A DNA stretch of 64,000 bases from the human T2T-CHM13v2.0 reference genome, Homo sapiens, in the NCBI RefSeq assembly GCF_009914755.1, contig NC_060929.1; one strand, written 5' to 3'. Shown here piece after piece: positions 57,658-64,000 of this stretch (position 1 is the stretch's first letter; every line of letters starts with the position of its first letter). The translations under genes were made by a program, and so were the position numbers. Under the pieces are notes generated by a model, which did not search any database, was not told the DNA's origin, and saw only the letters and a list, made by a program, of their open reading frames with translations.

Positions 57658-57798
57658 CAATACTTAAACAGAAGACGACAAAATGAAATAATGGCCAAAA
57701 TCCAAGCAGCTATTATACAGATTCCTAAACCTGCATCAAATCGTACTTTGAAAGCACTCGAGGCCCAAAAAATGATGAAAAAGAAAAAAGAGGCAGAA
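57658..57798 (+). CDS. SPEF2: SPEF2 coding exon 5 (141 nt; QYLNRRRQNEIMAKIQAAIIQIPKP...KKKKEAE)
   Basis: ttcag|CAA acceptor and GAA|gtaagt donor; open frame, phase 0 to 0. Confidence 0.93.
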
Positions 57799-58115
57799 GT
57801 AAGTGATAATCCTTTAATATTGTGCTGTGTTTATCTTAACTAAAGAATAGTCTGTCTCTGGAACATATAGAGAGACTTTCCAAAACTTCACATTTGCTTT
57901 CCAAATTATCTCTGACCTTGTCCTTTCTCATTCAGAATTCTTCCACTATATGCATATTCAACTTATTTTATATTGTTATTTGTTCAGAACGAAGAATGTA
58001 GCTTTAGGCCAGCAATGGCAAACTCCTATTAAATGGCAGTCTGGACTCCTGTGTTGAAAAAGATTCTGTGGTCAATAACAAAGTAGGTCAGAATGGGTGC
58101 TGTTGTAATGGGTCA

Positions 58116-58651
58116 TGTCTTATCCATTGTGTTGCTATAAAAGAATACCTGAGGCTGGGTAATTTTTAAAGAAAAAGAGGTTTATGTCACTTATGTTTCT
58201 GAAGGTTGGAAGATTCAAGACTGGGTATCTGGTGAGGGCCTTAGTAAGGAGAAGGGGGAGGGGAAGTGGAGCCATAATGTGCAGACATTACATGGGGGGA
58301 GAGAAAGTGAGAGAGAGGGTGTAGGGAGGGAGAGAGAGAGAGAGAAGGTGCCAGGTTCTTTTTAACAACCAGCTCTCATGGGAACTGATAGAGTCAGAAC
58401 CCACCTCTAGGGAGGGAATCAATCTATTCATGAGGGAAAAAGAGAGTGAGAGAGAAGGTGTCAGGCTCTTTTTAACAACCGGCTCTCATGGGAACTAACA
58501 GAGTAAGAACTCACTTACCCCCAGGGAGGTCATCAGTCTATTCATGCAGGATCCACCGCCATGACCCGGACACCTCCCGTTAGGTTCCACCTTCAACACT
58601 GGGATCAAATTTCACATGCGGTTTTCAGGGACAATCATCCAAACCATAGCA
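58116..58651 (-). mobile_element. MST-type MaLR solo LTR with internal duplication
   Basis: tgtcttatccattgtgttgctataaaagaatacctgagg...aaccatagca; perfect TSD ggtca. Confidence 0.87.
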
Positions 58652-58999
58652 GGTCATAACTGCCATGGGTACAGCAGGGGCCAGTCAAGGTACACATAGC
58701 ATACGTATGCCATTCCTACTATATGCTTTTACTCGATTCCTCCTCATCATGCCACACTATTTTTCTATGAATCCCAGGAATGTTAAGTGACTTGTTGCTA
58801 TCAGTATATTTAAATTTAAGATACCTGTACCAGTGACATTTTACTGGACCACACCAACTGTCAATCATTTCAGTAAGAGGCAATCTCATATTTCACAGGA
58901 GAGCAATGTTACAGTTCAGTTTGATACAAATTCCTGCAATTCACACTGCATACTGCTACAATGATTGTTTATATTCTCTCATGTGACCTATAAAGATGA

Positions 59000-59205
59000 T
59001 TAATAGCTACCATTTATTGAACATGTGCTGTATGTCAAGCTGTGGATTGGGCACTTCACATTATCTTTAATTTGTAAATAACTCTCTAAGTAGGGTATTA
59101 TTTTTCCCATTTCGTAGATGAGGAAACTGAGACCCAGAGAGTTGACATGTTTTACCCAGTGGTAGTAAAGCAGAGATTGACAGATCTCTCTGATTCCTAA
59201 ATCCA
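59000..59205 (-). mobile_element. MIR SINE
   Basis: cccatttcgtagatgaggaaactgagacccagagagtt. Confidence 0.82.
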
Positions 59206-59352
59206 TTGAATTTTACATTAATTCACTTTTTTTTTGTTTTTTAAATACTAACAAAATATTCTGTACTTGGATTCTAAAATTACCACCTACAGAGGCTTTT
59301 ATCTGACTCCATTTCACTATCTACCTTTCATATGTCCCTGAGTTGATTAAAG

Positions 59353-59613
59353 TTTTTTTTTTGTTTTTTTTTGTTTGTTTTTTTTCTTTTTTGACACAGT
59401 CTTACTCTGTTGCCCAGGCTGGAGTGCAGTGGTAAAATCATGGATCATTGCAGCCTTAACCTCCAAGGCTCAAGTGATCCTCCTGCCTCAGCCTCCTGAG
59501 TAACTGGGACTACAGGTCCGCAAGGCTGCTCTCGAACTCCTGGGCTCAAGCAAACCACTGGCCTTGACCTCCCAGAGTGCTGGGATTACAGGTGTGAGCC
59601 ACTGCATCTGGCC
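59353..59613 (-). mobile_element. AluJ with internal deletion
   Basis: Antisense Alu lacking the central linker; TSD tgattaaagtttttt. Confidence 0.88.
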
Positions 59614-59754
59614 TGATTAAAGTTTTTTAAAAAGTGTTTGTAAAACACAAAGATGACCTAAAGTTAAACTTCAGATAACTAATTAATAGTGTAAATAAAG
59701 TTGCATGAGGAATGTTTAAAACACCCAGGACAACCATTTTTAAAGAAATATTTG

Positions 59755-60033
59755 ACTTTGGAAGGCCGAGGCGGGAGGATCACCTGAGGTCAGGAGTTTG
59801 AGGCCACCCTTGTCAACCTGGCGAAACCCTGTCTGTATTAAAAATACAAAAGTTAGCCGGTTGTGGTGGCGCATGCCTGTGATCCCAGCTACTCAGAAGG
59901 CTGAGGCAGAAGAATCACTTGAACCCGGGAGGTGGAGGATGCCTTGAGCCGAGATCGCGCCACTGCATTCCAGCCTGGGCGACAGAGTGAGACTCCATCT
60001 CAAAAAAAAAAAAAAGAAAGAAAAAAGAAAAGG
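59755..60033 (+). mobile_element. 5'-truncated AluSx-like
   Basis: Starts actttggaaggccgagg; TSD gaaatatttg. Confidence 0.9.
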
Positions 60034-60348
60034 AAATATTTGTATCCAAAAATGTATGTCCCGACTCTTTGATAATCTTTATTCTAATGAAATGCCCTTT
60101 GGTGCCCTGTCAAAATCATGAAGTGAATGATTCAGGGGAGGCAATTTTCACATTCTTTTAGGTATAGTTAGCCCAGTCTAAAAGCAACAAATCAAAATTA
60201 TAAAAAAAATTTTTAGAATGCAGCTTTTCATATCCTAATTACCTTGAATTAGTAGTACTTGTCACTTTATAAACTTGAATGAATGTGTAAATGAAGATTT
60301 TTCAATGGTTTTTAGAGGCAGAGAACTGATGATGAATTTTCTTTAAAG

Positions 60349-60413
60349 GATGTGGCTGATGAAATTAAGAAGTTCGAAGCATTAATAAAAAAGGATCTCC
60401 AAGCAAAAGAAAG
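60349..60413 (+). CDS. SPEF2: SPEF2 coding exon 6 (65 nt; DVADEIKKFEALIKKDLQAKE; gene continues beyond the window)
   Basis: ttttctttaaag|GAT acceptor and AG|gtgaga donor; in frame with exon 5. Confidence 0.92.
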
Positions 60414-61809
60414 GTGAGATGTGAGCTATTTTAAGAATTACAAAACCGCATTCTGTTCTACACATAGCTTTTGAATATTTAGAAATAGTTTATCTGGAAG
60501 AGCTATTCCAGGATCTTTTCACTCCAAAGAATCTTGATTCAGAGAGTAATTAGGGAAGATAAATGAGCTAAAGTTCAGATTGTTAGCAACTGTTATAAAT
60601 ATCTGAGAGAAAGAGACTATTACGAAATGTAAAGTTGATTTATTTTTCTGTGCTATGTTTATTCTTCTAAGTTCACACATATTTTTTAAACATTCACTAA
60701 AATTGTTTCAAGGTACCACTAATTTAAATTTGTCACAGTAAATCCTTTATTAGATTCTAGTTTGGTTTATATCATGCTGTATCCTCAGCAGTTAGCATAG
60801 AGACCAGCAGTAAGAAGTTGAGTGAATGAGTTCATTAAACAAATGTCACTAAGACAGTCACTTTGGTGGGTCCATTGAACAAAGTTCCTCATTAACTGGC
60901 TTCATCTACCTAAAGATAAAGCTCCTTCACACTTTGTTTTCTATGAGAGGTCATTGATTCACAGAAAATAATTCATTAGGGATGACATATGTAGGAACAA
61001 CTTGGGTTTTTTTATATTTTTAAATGGAAATGATCCAAACTCTATGCATTTACATCTTACGAAATATGAGATAAATCTCTGTTAAAGAAGGTACTAATTC
61101 TAAAGAAAAGCAGAAAAAAATTACATACTTCAGTTTCATATTAAAATTTCCTGACGGAAGGGAGAGACAGTCAAATGAGGAGGAACAAGGAAAATCAGAG
61201 CCCTAAGGAAGAAATGATGAAGTCAGGTGTAAGAAAGAAAATTAAGCAAAATGGAGAATACTCATGTACATTGCCTTTCCTCCTACCCTCTGCAGAAACT
61301 CCTGATGCCCTATTCTGATTCCCACTCCCATTTATCAGTGTTGATCCTGACCTGTAAAAACAACATAATCCAAGTCTCCTCATCCATGCAGCCACCACTT
61401 GAACCCTAGCACACACCTACCCTGACCTTGGCCCATGAAAATACCAATTTCTTCTCATTCTTTCACCCATCTCTCTAACCATAGGCTCTGTGGTGATAAA
61501 CAGTTGGTGTCCACCAGAAAGACCATCTTAAACTACTGAATACTTTGCTACTTGGTGAATGCTACTTTCTGTAGCTCCCTGGCCTGCCCCTTTCCTGGGA
61601 CCCCTCAATTTCCACACAGTTTAGCAACCATAGTTAAGATGAAGCACAGCACTGTCTCCCAGGCCCTGCACCAGTATCTGTGTCTATTGGTTAGTGTCCT
61701 TGCCATGTCAGTTATTAAATGTCTTAAAGATCATCCCTGTACATTACAGCTGCAAACATTTACCTGCTCCCTATTGCCTTTGCCAACCCAACCAGACCCT
61801 AGGTCTCTA

Positions 61810-62290
61810 TCAGTTAGTTTCAGAAACCCCAAAACAACAGTGAATGAAATTAGAGGGAAATCTGCTTGTCTCTCATGTAATAGAAATCAGAAGGTAAGCA
61901 GCCCATAGTGTATGCTGTAGCTCCAGGGTTATCAAGGACTGAGGCTTCTCCTTTCTTTTGCCTCACTGTCCTGTTGTGTGGTTTTCATCCTCAAGGTTAC
62001 ATTCATGATACAAGATGGTTGCTGGGACTCTGGCCACTTGGCCCATGTTCCAGATATCAGGAAGGAAGACAGACAAAAAAGTAGATATCTCCTATCTGAA
62101 ATAGCTTCTTTCAAAAGCCTTCCCAGAAGTCCCATATAACATTTCTGCTTATATCTTATTGGAGAGCATTCAGTCACATGGCCACACCTGACAGAGTGGG
62201 AAGCTGGGAAACGTAGTCTTTAACTGGACACACTGTTTCCCTGCATAAAATTGGGGTTCTATTTTGAGAGAAAAGGGAGGGAAATAGTAG
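61810..62290 (-). mobile_element. MLT1J/K-like ancient MaLR LTR
   Basis: caagatggttgctg...acatttctgcttatatcttattgg...tcacatggccacacct...gctgggaaacgtagtcttt. Confidence 0.65.
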
Positions 62291-64000
62291 TGTCAGGTCC
62301 CTTCTTCACAGAAGCCTTCACTTGGTCCTGCCAAAGATTTCCAGCAGAGGGCATCTGAGATATTGACACCCTCACTTACAGCAGGAGGAGAAGGCCTGGG
62401 GCAGCTGAAGTCCCTGGGCCAGTTACCTGTGGCTGTGAACAGCTTCATCTGAGAATCTAAATCCTTTCCAGTGTGTTGCACAAAGTTCGTTTTCTCTTTT
62501 GGCCTTAAAAAGAAAAACGTTGGGAAGTGCTGGCCTAGAGCAAACTTTTCAAGAAAACAGAGGCTATGGTTACAATATAGCACCCTTCTTAAGCCATTTC
62601 ATTAATCACTACTTTTTTTAGTTCATGCTGAATCTTAGCTTAGAATCAAGAATGTTCTGGGCACATTGAAAAACTTCACACTAACTTGACTCCAGAAGGC
62701 AATACAGTCTCCCAACTTGAACCTCAGGAGCACTTTCTGCAGCTGCCTTTTTCATAGCCTGCTCCTGAACAGTTTCTCTGGATGCCACCTCAAAGTCCAT
62801 CGTTTTTCTTTTGTGGAAGAATGAAATAATGTCTCATGCCAGCAATGCAAGAGCCCTCATGGCTGGTTTTTCCCCGTGTAACAAGGTTCCTCCATTTTTT
62901 CATTTTTTAGATGAATAATAAATCCTGTCTGCTATTTGTTTCTTTAGCTGGGGTTATTGGCTGCTGTAATTTGGTATTTGGGTTAATATATTTGTCAGAG
63001 GCTTTTCCCAGCAACTACTTCTTAAGAAACACAAATTTGACCAAGGTTTCTGCTACTAATAGATTATACACATACAATTATTACATTAGATGAAGGTCTG
63101 GCAAGCAAACAGATAAAAAGAAAATATAATCACTGCCCTCAAGAAACCTACATCTAGTAAAATGAATATTTATTCAAGTACATAATGTGTAGTTTTTTTT
63201 CACCTTTATTGGAATAAGACAACAGATGGATGGGTTGACTAATTGATAAAGGAGAAGCAATTTGTTAAGTATATTATTGACAGCATAAATATTGTGTTGA
63301 GAGAGCTATTAACCCACGCTCAATCCAGGGCAGGAGCTTTTACACAACACACTTAAGTACAAATATAATAAGATTTTTGATGAAAGATCTAAAAGTGTTA
63401 CGCTACACAATTAAATACTAAATCTTAATAAATAGATAGGGTTAAACTCTGTCTTTGGCCTTACTGAGTGCTTGGTACCTACATAATTTGTGCTCAACTC
63501 TTCTCAGTGACAGAATACAATCAAAGGTTGAGCCCCGGCTGATAAAATGATTGGAACTTTAGTTTGATTTTTATGTATGTATGGTGTTTTTTAGCACATT
63601 ATTTGAAATTTAGCAGACATCAACTATTTGCTGGGCATGCTAGGCACAGGTGCAGGCAGAAGAAAAATAGGATACTTCTCTTATTCACTAGGAGATCAGC
63701 TGGGAGGCACAAACCTCCAAATTATGACCTATACTACAATATGGTCTATATTATAAATATGCAGGTATTACATCATAAAAATTAAACATGAGTTAACTAT
63801 GTTTTTATCAGAGTACTTGTGTCTATATAAGAATTGATGACAAGTCTCTACACACTTTAATAATATATCCTTATTTTTTGAATAATAAGATTATAAGTAA
63901 TATTGTAAACCAAATATATTAATTACTTGTAACAAAAGCAATGATTATACATAATATAAAAATTCATTATTTCTAGGCAAGTAACATTATGGTATATCTT

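Noticed and set aside
60384-60389. AATAAA inside coding exon 6 as a polyadenylation signal
   Set aside because: It arises from the TTA ATA AAA codons and lies 25 nt upstream of a strong donor; there is no independent support.
63961-63985. ttctag|gcaa|gtaac as a micro-exon or exon 7 start
   Set aside because: It would be a 4-nt exon and does not continue the expected SPEF2 frame; exon 7 is presumably beyond the window.

Overview
Primate, almost certainly human, genomic DNA: AT-rich and dense in Alu, L1, MIR, MaLR and DNA-transposon relics. The only protein-coding gene I can support is the 5' part of SPEF2 (sperm flagellar 2) on the + strand. It has a CpG-island promoter with RFX X-box-like motifs at ~28.6-29.3 kb, ATG at 28991, and six coding exons (28991-29048, 39453-39555, 52424-52676, 55348-55518, 57658-57798, 60349-60413). 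These splice GT-AG in frame into 263 codons (MSEILCQWLNKELKVSRTVSPKSFAKAFSSGYLLGEVLHKF...DLQAKE), and the gene continues past the window. Bases 1-28.6 kb are intergenic and mostly nested retroelements. Nearly all ORFs in the supplied track are repeat-derived. I see no evidence of a new multi-gene system. The most unusual signals are: (1) a ~96% identical 185-188 bp direct repeat flanking in-frame exon 4, each copy carrying a 27-30 nt piece of SPEF2 exon 3 whose substitutions are all synonymous; (2) a complex deletion plus inverted re-insertion in intron 2, reconstructable from split transposons; (3) an Alu-insertion-mediated deletion inside Tigger1; (4) a pristine AluYc1; (5) fold-back templated insertions; (6) unusually weak splice sites on intron 4. 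Repeat subfamily names come from remembered consensus sequences, and boundaries of old repeats are approximate.
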